From Arthrobacter sp. UC242_113 (lineage in GTDB: Bacteria; Actinomycetota; Actinomycetes; Actinomycetales; Micrococcaceae): DNA of 32,000 nt. Below, piece after piece: positions 18,891-25,833 of this stretch. Where the stretch lies: positions 4,484,740-4,516,739 of the forward strand of contig NZ_CP171968.1 of the NCBI RefSeq assembly GCF_044054585.1. Direction: 5' to 3'. The notes beneath the pieces were generated by a model. That model saw nothing but the letters and a program-made list of their open reading frames with translations, did not search any database and had not been told where the DNA came from. Each line of letters starts with the position of its first letter. The first letter of the stretch is position 1. Position numbers and translations under genes: made by a program.

Positions 18891-19018
18891 GCGACAGGAT
18901 GTGAGGACGCGTCAGGCGTGAGGCGACGGGATGTGAGGAAGCGTCAGGCCTGAGGCGACGGGATGTGAGGAAGCGTCAGGCGGGAGGCGACGGGATGTGA
19001 GGACGCGTCAGGCGCCGT
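18891..19018. repeat. 32-bp tandem repeat array B (4 copies), inverted relative to array A
   Basis: Units begin at 18891, 18923, 18955 and 18987: GCGACRGGATGTGAGGAMGCGTCAGGCNNGAG. The core CGACGGGATGTGAGGACGCGT is the reverse complement of the array A core ACGCGTCCTCAC(TTTT)CGTCG. The last unit contains the stop codon of the ABC ATPase gene (19008-19010). Confidence 0.9.
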
Positions 19019-19766
19019 AGTGCACCACGATGGTCCGGCGGGGCGTCGTGCTGGGGACACCGTCGCCGTCGTCAGAATAGGCCACCGTGCTCACGCGCAC
19101 GCCGTACAGGGCTGACAGTTCGGCGTCCGTCAGGAGTTCCGCCGCGTGTCCGGTCCGCACACCCGAGCGGCCCAGCAGGACCACGCGGTCGGCAAGGTGC
19201 AGGGCGTGGTCGGGATGGTGGGTGCTCAGGAGCAGGGCCATGCCGTCGGCCATCAGTTCCCGCAGCAGTGTCAGGACACGTGCCTGGTTCTTGAGGTCCA
19301 GGCCGGTGGCGGGCTCGTCGAGCACCAGGATGGGTGAGCCGGCGGCGATGGCCCGGGCGATCAGTATCAGCTGCTGTTCGCCTCCGCTGAGGGTGGGGAA
19401 ACGCCGGTCCCGCAGCCCTGCCGCGCCCACCCGCTCCATCGCCTTCAGGGCCGCGTCGTGGTCGGATGCCCCGGGTGTCCGGAACACCCCAACGTGCCGC
19501 GCCCGCCCCATCAGGACCATGTCCAGCGCCCGGTAGGCGAAGGCGCTGCCGTGGGCCTGCGGGACGTAGCCGGCGCTCTCACTGCGCCGGACCGTTCCTT
19601 CCTGCGGGTCCAGCAACCCGGCGGCACAGCGGACCAGCGTGGTCTTGCCGCTGCCGTTGGGGCCCAACACGGCGGTGGCGGTCCCCGGCGGCACCCGGAA
19701 GCTGACGCCGCGGAACACCCAGTCGCGGGGCGAGTAGCCGAAGCCCACGCCGTCGAGTTCAAGCAC
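19008..19766 (-). CDS. ABC transporter ATP-binding protein, FecE/BtuD (iron-chelate/cobalamin) type
   Basis: Walker A GPNGSGKTT, signature LSGGEQQLILIARAI, Walker B ILVLDEPATGLD. It overlaps the permease stop by 8 nt. Confidence 0.9.
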   Translation of the reverse strand: MLELDGVGFGYSPRDWVFRGVSFRVPPGTATAVLGPNGSGKTTLVRCAAGLLDPQEGTVRRSESAGYVPQAHGSAFAYRALDMVLMGRARHVGVFRTPGASDHDAALKAMERVGAAGLRDRRFPTLSGGEQQLILIARAIAAGSPILVLDEPATGLDLKNQARVLTLLRELMADGMALLLSTHHPDHALHLADRVVLLGRSGVRTGHAAELLTDAELSALYGVRVSTVAYSDDGDGVPSTTPRRTIVVHYGA

Positions 19767-20946
19767 TGTCCCAGACCTTCTCCCGGTTCCGGCGCAGGAG
19801 CAGGAAGAACACGGGCGCGCCGATCAGGGCCGTGAGGACGCCGAGCGGGATCTCCCCGGCGGTGGCGGTGCGGGCGATGGTGTCCACCAGAACGATGTAG
19901 GCGCCGCCGAGCAGGAAGGAGACGGGCAGGAGGACACGGTGGTCAGGCCCCACCCACATCCGTGCAAGGTGCGGGATCACCAGGCCCACCCAGCTCACGG
20001 CGCCGCTGACGGCCACCGCGCCGGCCACGATCAGTGCCACCGCCACGAGCACCACCCAGCGGAGCGGGCGCGGGCGCACACCCAGGGCGGCGGCGTCCTC
20101 GTCGCCGAGCGACAGCACGTTGATCCGCCAGCGCAGGGCCACCAAGGCGGCGGCCCCGCCAAGGACAGGGATCAGGGCCACCGCCACTTTGGCAAAGGTT
20201 GCTGTGGATACGCTGCCCAGCAGCCAAAAGACGATGGCGGGCAGCGTGGTGTTGGGATCGGCAATGTAGGTCACCAAAGCCACCAGGGCGGAGAAGAAGG
20301 ACCCGGTGACCACGCCGCCGAGCACGATCATGAGCATCGGCGTCCCGGCGCGGCCCGAGGTGATCAGGAACAGGGTCCCGAGTGCCAGCAGCCCGCACAC
20401 GAAGGAGCCGCCCACCAGGAGCAGCGGACCCAGTCCGAGCAGCAGCGCCAGGGCTCCGCCGAAGGATGCGCCGGCAGACACGCCGATGATCTCGGGGCTG
20501 ACCAGGGGGTTGCGGAAAATGGCCTGCAGGGCTGCGCCGCCAATCGCCAGGCCGCCGCCCACCAGCAACGCGAGCAGGACCCGGGGCAGCCGGACCAGCA
20601 GGACCACATTCTGTTCGGTGCCGCTGGTTTGAACCGGGACCGGCGCAAGTTGGCCGCCGAGGATCTGGACCACGTGGTCCAGCGGCACGCCGTACCGCCC
20701 CACCGCCAGTGCCAGCACCGCCACCGCGGCAAGGAAGCAGGCACTTAAGGCGACGGGAACGACGACGGCGGCTTCCCGCCGTCGTTCTCCCGACTCCCGT
20801 TTCCCCAGCGTGTGCGCCCGTGCCTGCCGTTCTACAGCGCCGCCCGGGCCGGCAGCCGGGCCCGCCCGTGGCAGTGGCGGCTGCGCCGGCCCCAGGCCGC
20901 CGGGCCGCCGCCTGCCCAGCCGCGGGGAGCCTGCCTCATCAAGCAT
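19759..20946 (-). CDS. FecCD-family ABC permease (iron-chelate/B12 type)
   Basis: The body is a typical FecCD permease (RLPRVLLALLVGGGLAIGGAALQAIFRNPLVSPEIIGVSAGASFG...). The start is ambiguous. ATG 20946 overlaps the upstream binding-protein stop (ATGCTTGA) and gives a ~60-aa Arg/Pro/Gly-rich leader. An internal GTG just before the first TM helix is also possible. Track start 21009 is unlikely. Confidence 0.8.
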   Translation of the reverse strand: MLDEAGSPRLGRRRPGGLGPAQPPLPRAGPAAGPGGAVERQARAHTLGKRESGERRREAAVVVPVALSACFLAAVAVLALAVGRYGVPLDHVVQILGGQLAPVPVQTSGTEQNVVLLVRLPRVLLALLVGGGLAIGGAALQAIFRNPLVSPEIIGVSAGASFGGALALLLGLGPLLLVGGSFVCGLLALGTLFLITSGRAGTPMLMIVLGGVVTGSFFSALVALVTYIADPNTTLPAIVFWLLGSVSTATFAKVAVALIPVLGGAAALVALRWRINVLSLGDEDAAALGVRPRPLRWVVLVAVALIVAGAVAVSGAVSWVGLVIPHLARMWVGPDHRVLLPVSFLLGGAYIVLVDTIARTATAGEIPLGVLTALIGAPVFFLLLRRNREKVWDSA

Positions 20947-22075
20947 TGAACTGCCGGTAGCTGGCGGACTGCCCGTTCTCCGCGGTCCGGAGAATCTTGT
21001 CCAGCTCACCCTGCGTAAGTTCGTGGTTGTACAGGAACCTGAAGTATTCGGAAGCCTTGCTCCGCACCGCCGACCTCTGCTGGGGGAAGGCGATATCGCC
21101 CAGCCAGTGCCACATCAGGGCCGACTCCTGCCCGGGCGGATCCCAGCGGTAGCCGCCCAGCGGTACCCTGTACACGCGCTTCGAGCGGACTGCGGCCACG
21201 TTCTGCCACACGGGGTCCGAGTAGATGTCCTGCGGCATGGCGGCGTCGAAGTTGCCCAGCAGGATGACCTCAGGGTCCCAGCGCAGGACCTGCTCTACGT
21301 CCACGCCTACCATCCCGGAACCGGTCAGCGGGTCCTTGCCGGTTGGCGGATTGGAGCCTCCCACCAGCTTGATGTAGAAGTCGTTGTAGGTGTTGGCGCC
21401 GGCGACCTTGAGCCCACCCGTGAAGCGGTTGAAGTACAGGATGCTCGGGCCCTTGGACGCGCGCCCGGCCGCCAGGGACTTGACCTCGGCAAGCTCCCGG
21501 TCGCTCCGGGTCTTGAGCTCGGTGGCACGTTCGGGCTTGCCGAGCATGGCCGCGAACATGGCGACCCACGCGTCCACGTCCTCCTGCGTGCCGGAGTTCT
21601 TCAGCCCCAGAACCTGAAGCCCCGCCTTCTCCAGGGGCTCGATGAGCTGCGCGTCCGACCATTGGACCACCACGTCCGGGTTGAGGGCCCGGATGCTCTC
21701 AACGTTGGCGGTGAAGTCCTGCGTGGCGATGTCGTGCGGGAGGTCCAGGGTGGCGGGAAACATGGAGCCCATGATGCCGTCGTGCATGGCCACCCAGGAG
21801 GCGTTGTGCATGGCCGCGAGATGGTCGGCGCTGCGGTCGACGGCGACCAGCAGGGACGCCGACGGCATCGGGATGGTCACCACCCGGGCCACCGGCCGGT
21901 CAAAGGTCAGAGTCCGGCCGCGCTGGTCCGTGATGCTGATGCTGTTGGTGCTGCCCGCAGGGGACGACGGCGGCGCGGTGCCGGATGCGCCGCATCCGGC
22001 CAGCAAGGCGGCGGAGCCGCCCGCAACAAACACCTGTAGGGCGGCGCGGCGGTTTAGGTCTGCAGCTGTCATCAT
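20939..22075 (-). CDS. ABC substrate-binding lipoprotein, class III (FecB/BtuF-like) periplasmic binding protein, Tat-type signal
   Basis: N-terminus MMTAADLNRRAALQVFVAGGSAALLAGCGAS combines a twin-Arg-like motif with a lipobox. The size and position as first gene of the FecBCD-type operon fit this call. The ligand cannot be determined from sequence. Confidence 0.8.
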   Translation of the reverse strand: MMTAADLNRRAALQVFVAGGSAALLAGCGASGTAPPSSPAGSTNSISITDQRGRTLTFDRPVARVVTIPMPSASLLVAVDRSADHLAAMHNASWVAMHDGIMGSMFPATLDLPHDIATQDFTANVESIRALNPDVVVQWSDAQLIEPLEKAGLQVLGLKNSGTQEDVDAWVAMFAAMLGKPERATELKTRSDRELAEVKSLAAGRASKGPSILYFNRFTGGLKVAGANTYNDFYIKLVGGSNPPTGKDPLTGSGMVGVDVEQVLRWDPEVILLGNFDAAMPQDIYSDPVWQNVAAVRSKRVYRVPLGGYRWDPPGQESALMWHWLGDIAFPQQRSAVRSKASEYFRFLYNHELTQGELDKILRTAENGQSASYRQFNA

Positions 22076-22100
22076 TGACTCCCTGCGCGTGGGTCTTCAC

Positions 22101-22129
22101 AGCATCCGCTTCAGGGGCAGAGCTGTCAA
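22101..22129 (-). promoter_or_regulatory. candidate sigma-70-type promoter for the FecBCD-type operon
   Basis: The minus strand reads TTGACA (22129-22124), a 17-nt spacer, then GATGCT (22106-22101). This implies a leader of only about 20 nt before ATG 22075. Confidence 0.3.
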
Positions 22130-22275
22130 CGCTTTGTCCTGCGTTCGGCGAGGGGCGGGTCTCGCTGCCCGGACCTGGCCGCACGCCGCCGGTCCCTTGT
22201 CGGCGCCATGTTCCCTTGTCCGGGTCAGGGGCCCGGTGCTACTTTCAGAGGACGCTCGCAGAAGGTGGCCACGGG

Positions 22276-23049
22276 ATGGTTATCGATGGTGCCCAGTTGT
22301 TCGTCCGCTATGCCTATCCGCCCAATTCACGGGGCAGCTGCGGCCCGCCGGACAGCGACGCCCTGCTCCACTACGGGCAATCCGGCGTCACGGACCAGGG
22401 GCTCCGCGAACTGGCCAAGGGTTTTGCCGGCGCCTGGCCCTACCTCGAACTGATCGCCGGATCGCACGGCATCACGGACCCGCTGGACGCCCGCGTGGTG
22501 GAGGCCTACTGGGTGGGCAACAGCCTCCTGGATACCGTCGGCATCACCAACCTCGGCAACTCCATGGAGGACAGGTTCCGGGCGCGCACTGGGCGGCAGT
22601 TCCCGCATCTGGTGGAAGGCGTCCTGGCGGGCGGGGTCCCGCACCACAGCTTCCACGTGTTCGAAATCTACCCGTGGCTCGGCCTGCTCCGCGACGAACG
22701 CCGGCACGCCACCGCGCTGAACGTGCTGGACAGGTGCCGGATCCGCTGGGGGCAGGTGCTCGCGATCTCCGGGGACGACGCCGTCGTGCGGTCCCGGCCG
22801 CTGGTCTGGGACGGCACGGCGCTGGACGTCGGCGAACCCGTGGTGGAATCGGCCAAGTTTGCCGTTAACGGGACCGGTTTCGTGGCCGGGCTGGCCTTGG
22901 GTGACGTCGTCTCGTTGCACTGGGACTGGGTGTGCGACCGCCTCTCCACCCACCAGCTGCAGCAGCTCAAGCACTTTACGGCGCGGCACCTCCGGATTGC
23001 CAACAGCGGCGTCGAACACCGCGGCGCAGCCATAGCGCTCGAACACTAG
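22276..23049 (+). CDS. conserved hypothetical protein (I recall similar proteins annotated DUF6390; unverified)
   Basis: This is the C-terminal 257 aa of track ORF 21985..23049. ATG 22276 is preceded by GAAGGTGG. Sequence MVIDGAQLFVRYAYPPNSRGSCGPPD...VEAYWVGNSLLD... It is divergent from the ABC operon and convergent with the hydrogenase operon. Confidence 0.6.
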   Translation: MVIDGAQLFVRYAYPPNSRGSCGPPDSDALLHYGQSGVTDQGLRELAKGFAGAWPYLELIAGSHGITDPLDARVVEAYWVGNSLLDTVGITNLGNSMEDRFRARTGRQFPHLVEGVLAGGVPHHSFHVFEIYPWLGLLRDERRHATALNVLDRCRIRWGQVLAISGDDAVVRSRPLVWDGTALDVGEPVVESAKFAVNGTGFVAGLALGDVVSLHWDWVCDRLSTHQLQQLKHFTARHLRIANSGVEHRGAAIALEH

Positions 23050-23086
23050 CGCCGGCCACCAGCGCCGGCCAGCAGCGCCGGCCACC
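23048..23086. repeat. 13-bp tandem repeat x3 starting inside a stop codon
   Basis: AGCGCCGGCCACC / AGCGCCGGCCAGC / AGCGCCGGCCACC. The first AG is the last two bases of the TAG stop (23047-23049). Confidence 0.85.
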
Positions 23087-23112
23087 AACCTGCGAACAGC
23101 AAAAGCGGCCGG

Positions 23113-23144
23113 CTACGGTGACTGCGGCTTACGGTGACTGCGGC
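23113..23144. repeat. 16-bp tandem duplication straddling a stop codon
   Basis: CTACGGTGACTGCGGC (23113-23128) and TTACGGTGACTGCGGC (23129-23144). The second copy holds the last four codons plus the TAA of the minus-strand gene ending at 23129. The first copy is a downstream duplicate with TAG. Confidence 0.85.
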
Positions 23145-23515
23145 GCCGCGCTGTCGGGATGCTCGGGGGTCTTGACGGCCGTCGCGTCGCGGGCGGACGA
23201 CTCGCCGGTTGGCCGGCCGGCGGGCGAATCCTCAGTTCCCGTGTGCTCGCGTCCCGGTTCGGTGCCCTCCTCCTTGATGACGTCCTCGCCCCTGCGGGTG
23301 GTGCTGACGCCGACGTCAGCCGGAGCGGGTGCCGCGTCTTCAGGGGTTTCGTCCGCTCCGGGCTGGGCCGGTTCCTTTAGCGGTGGTTCGCTGCCGAAGG
23401 CCCGGGCTGTCCCCGGTGCGGTGCCCTCTGCGGCGCCCTTTGCGGCGGTTTGCTCGGTTTCCTCGGCCGCGCGCGTTTCCTCGCCGGCGGGGTCAGGCTG
23501 GTTCGTGGGCGACAT
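23129..23515 (-). CDS. acidic, Pro/Glu/Ala-rich intrinsically disordered protein, last gene of the hydrogenase operon
   Basis: 128-aa ORF. A strong SD (AAGGAGAGCAGC) lies immediately upstream of ATG 23515. The start is embedded in the 3' end of hypC with a 23-nt overlap. Composition is low complexity and no motif was recognised. Confidence 0.5.
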   Translation of the reverse strand: MSPTNQPDPAGEETRAAEETEQTAAKGAAEGTAPGTARAFGSEPPLKEPAQPGADETPEDAAPAPADVGVSTTRRGEDVIKEEGTEPGREHTGTEDSPAGRPTGESSARDATAVKTPEHPDSAAPQSP

Positions 23516-23798
23516 GCTGCTCTCCTTGTGGTTGTTGTGCCGGCTGGGATCCGGGGCCGGTGTCCGCCGGGCGGCCCATTAGCTCCAGTCCGTCCATGGC
23601 CTGTTCCGCGCCCGCGGCGTCCACGCGTTCCAGCGCGAAGCCCATGTGGATCAGGACCCAGGTGCCGGGTTCCAGGGGCCCCTCATCCAGCAGCCCGATG
23701 TTGATTTTCCGCTGCACTCCGGCCACATCGACGAGTGCGAGCTGGCCGCCGTACCCCTCGAGGAGTTCAACGACCCTGCCGGGTATTCCGAGGCACAT
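23493..23798 (-). CDS. hypC: HypC/HybG/HupF-family [NiFe]-hydrogenase assembly chaperone
   Basis: It begins with the invariant MCLGIPGRVVEL motif, followed by ...ALVDVAGVQRKINIGLL...PGTWVLIHMGFA. The 101-aa length includes a ~25-aa Pro/Gln-rich C-terminal tail. Confidence 0.88.
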   Translation of the reverse strand: MCLGIPGRVVELLEGYGGQLALVDVAGVQRKINIGLLDEGPLEPGTWVLIHMGFALERVDAAGAEQAMDGLELMGRPADTGPGSQPAQQPQGEQHVAHEPA

Positions 23799-23812
23799 GT
23801 ACAGGCACCGCC

Positions 23813-24320
23813 CTACTTTGACGTGGAAAACAGGTTTGGAGTGGAAGAGTGCGGGCCGAGCAGGGACCCGACGGCGGCGACGGCCTTGGGCACCGCAGCG
23901 GCCACCGCCGGCGAGAGGCCGATCCCTTCGGACAGGTCCGCGGGGACACAGCCCACCACGTACGTGGCCGGCAGGCTGCCACCCATGGACCGAAGCCGGC
24001 CCAGCACTGCCGCCGGGTCCATGCCGTGGGGATCCAGCATGGCCCTGCCGTCCAGGTCCGCCGCGCTGACCCGGAGCACGCGGATGCTGCCCGGAGCCGA
24101 GTTCCCGTCCGCAGGCACAGTGTCCACGAGGACCAGGGTGTCCACGCCGGCGAGGAGATCGTAGGCGAGATGCATGCCCGCGGATGCCGTAGTCCACCAC
24201 GCGGACGCCGGGGGCGAGCGGCTGCGGATGGCCGGCGAGGTGCCGTGCCACCTCGGGGCCGAAGCCGTCGTCGTGCAGGAACAGGTTCCCGACGCCTGCC
24301 ACGAGGACGCCGGCGGTCAC
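23813..24320 (-). pseudogene. hupD: hydrogenase maturation endopeptidase (HupD/HyaD/HycI family) interrupted by a +1 nt frameshift
   Basis: The N-terminal 47 codons (GTG 24320; VTAGVLVAGVGNLFLHDDGFGPEVARHLAG...VRVVDYGIRG) are in one frame. The remainder (MHLAYDLLAGVDTLVLVDTV...LDPHGMDP..., track ORF 23813..24175) is in another frame. The junction reads atc cgc ggG c atg cat. Removing one G restores ...VVDYGIRGMHLAYDLL..., which aligns without gaps to E. coli HyaD ...[15 protein letters not shown].... Confidence 0.8.
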
Positions 24321-24436
24321 ATCCGCCGCACTTTCATGTACCGCCGGATGTCCGGAACTGAGCGGATTCCGACGTAGATGCCCCAGAGGGCCATCGCTGC
24401 CAGCACGGAAACAGTGGCCATTCCTATTGCCTTCAT
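24317..24436 (-). CDS. 39-aa single-pass membrane microprotein
   Basis: MKAIGMATVSVLAAMALWGIYVGIRSVPDIRRYMKVRRM has one TM helix and a basic tail. Its ATG overlaps the upstream stop (ATGA). Its TGA overlaps the downstream hupD GTG (GTGA). The track only shows it hidden in the tail of a spurious 271-aa ORF. Confidence 0.55.
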   Translation of the reverse strand: MKAIGMATVSVLAAMALWGIYVGIRSVPDIRRYMKVRRM

Positions 24437-25833
24437 TGCGGGTTTTCCTTTCCCTCCAGCGGCTCCAGTTCGTCGGGTGCGTAGTAGAAGGACCGGCCGT
24501 AGCCCTCGTGGAGATCGGCCGCCGGATCCTGCTCGAGGACGAGCCCGACGTGGGTGCTGCCGTCGACGTCGAAGTGCACGCTGGTGACCCGCCCGGTCTG
24601 TCCGCCGAAGAACAGGTCCTGGGCGTCGGCGCGCCGGCTCGGGTGCACACGCACCCGGCTGCCGCGCGCCACTGAGACGCCGTTGATCACGACGGCGTCC
24701 TGGTCCGGCCGGACACGGGCCTCCGCCTCCGGATTCCACCAGGGAACGTCCTGCCCGGCCGTGTTCCACGATTCGGCCGGGGCGAACTCGTCGGGATCCG
24801 CGGCGAACGCGTGCGGGTTCCGCAGGGCGCCATGCAGCTGCTGGAGGTCCTCCGGCGACATCGCCTCGCAGCGGTCGATGACGGCGGCGGCCCGCGGGTC
24901 CGTCGCCCGCGCCTCGGCCTTTTCCTCGTCGGTCAGCGTCAGCACCCGCAGGGTGAGGATCTCGTCGATCTCCGTGGAGTCGAACAGCGCCACCGAACTT
25001 TCCGGGGCCACGGCAGGGTGGTCGTAGAGAATGATGGGTGAGACCAGCAGCACGTCGGTCTGGCCTTCGGGGCCGGCCAGCACCGGCCAACAGCGGTGCT
25101 GGGAACACCGCCCTGCTGCCTGCTCTGCCCACGCCGGCGGGTCCAGCAGCGAGACGAAGTCCCCGTCCCGCACGCCGAGCAGCACGTGGGCCCCGATGAA
25201 GGAGGCCGCGGTGGCGTCCTGCCGGTTCCCGGCCGGCAGGGGATGAGCCGAAAGTGGATTAGCCGTGTTGGCCGCGGTGACGCTGAGCCGCAGCAGCGCG
25301 CCGGACTCTTCGGCGGCATTAAGCCGCAGTTCGCCGCGGAGAGCACGACGGCGGCGCACCAGCCGGCCGGCCGGCCTCCCGGCGTCGTCCTTGAGTTCCT
25401 CGACGTCGAGTCCCTCGGGGACCTCCACGGGCAGGACCTGTCCGGCCCGGAGCTGGGCCACGGAGAACGGCCCGAACGCCGTTTCCTGTTCAACGGCCTC
25501 GTCCCAGCTCAGCCAGTTCGCACCGCCCACGGTGAGGCTGTCTACGGGAGTGAACCCGCCGCCGTCGTCCGCTTTTTCTGCCGTGCGCGTCTGCAGCTGC
25601 AGGAAGCGGAAATGGATTTCAAGCCCGGCCTCGGCGCCGGGGGCAAGCAGGCAGTCGGCGGACAGGGACGGTTCCTCCCCGCTGCCGTCCTCCGCGGCGC
25701 CCGGCGGACCCAGGATCCCGAACTGCCAGCGGACCCGGTTCTTCTGGGCGGAGGCGCGGTAGGGGTAGAGCAGGTAGCCCTCGTAGAGGACTGCGTCGGC
25801 GACGGCCCGGGCAAGGGCCAGGCTGGTGTTCAT
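24433..25833 (-). CDS. conserved hypothetical protein of the hydrogenase operon (466 aa)
   Basis: ATG 25833 overlaps the upstream stop (ATGA), and the track ORF extension to 25965 is rejected. Sequence MNTSLALARAVADAVLYEGYLLYPYRASAQKNRVRWQFGILGP... has coding-like composition throughout. No motif was recognised. Confidence 0.7.
   Translation of the reverse strand: MNTSLALARAVADAVLYEGYLLYPYRASAQKNRVRWQFGILGPPGAAEDGSGEEPSLSADCLLAPGAEAGLEIHFRFLQLQTRTAEKADDGGGFTPVDSLTVGGANWLSWDEAVEQETAFGPFSVAQLRAGQVLPVEVPEGLDVEELKDDAGRPAGRLVRRRRALRGELRLNAAEESGALLRLSVTAANTANPLSAHPLPAGNRQDATAASFIGAHVLLGVRDGDFVSLLDPPAWAEQAAGRCSQHRCWPVLAGPEGQTDVLLVSPIILYDHPAVAPESSVALFDSTEIDEILTLRVLTLTDEEKAEARATDPRAAAVIDRCEAMSPEDLQQLHGALRNPHAFAADPDEFAPAESWNTAGQDVPWWNPEAEARVRPDQDAVVINGVSVARGSRVRVHPSRRADAQDLFFGGQTGRVTSVHFDVDGSTHVGLVLEQDPAADLHEGYGRSFYYAPDELEPLEGKENPQ

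Noticed and set aside
18791-19018. Possible CRISPR array
   Set aside because: The 32-bp units are directly abutting with no unique spacers. The two arrays are in inverted orientation, and no cas genes are nearby. It was called a tandem/inverted repeat instead.
22050-22070. TTTAGGTCTGCAGCTGTCA as a second IdeR box
   Set aside because: Only the TTAGGT half-site matches and the second half is unrelated. The sequence lies inside the coding region for the signal peptide.
22076-22275. Possible cobalamin (or other) riboswitch in the leader of the FecBCD-type operon
   Set aside because: Fragments such as AAGGGAAC and GCCAGGTCCGGGCAG loosely resemble B12-element pieces. However, they are in the wrong order, and there is no CCCGCCACTG-type core or proper B12 box. 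A good TTGACA/17/GATGCT promoter predicts a leader of only about 20 nt. A covariance-model scan (Rfam RF00174) would settle it.
24170-24185. Programmed +1 ribosomal frameshift in hupD as the primary explanation
   Set aside because: The sequence CGC GGG C AUG has no recognised shift-prone context (no rare or stop codon in the A site, no upstream SD-like stimulator that I can see). A one-base G-run insertion, either a mutation or a sequencing error, is simpler. It is kept as an alternative in the finding.
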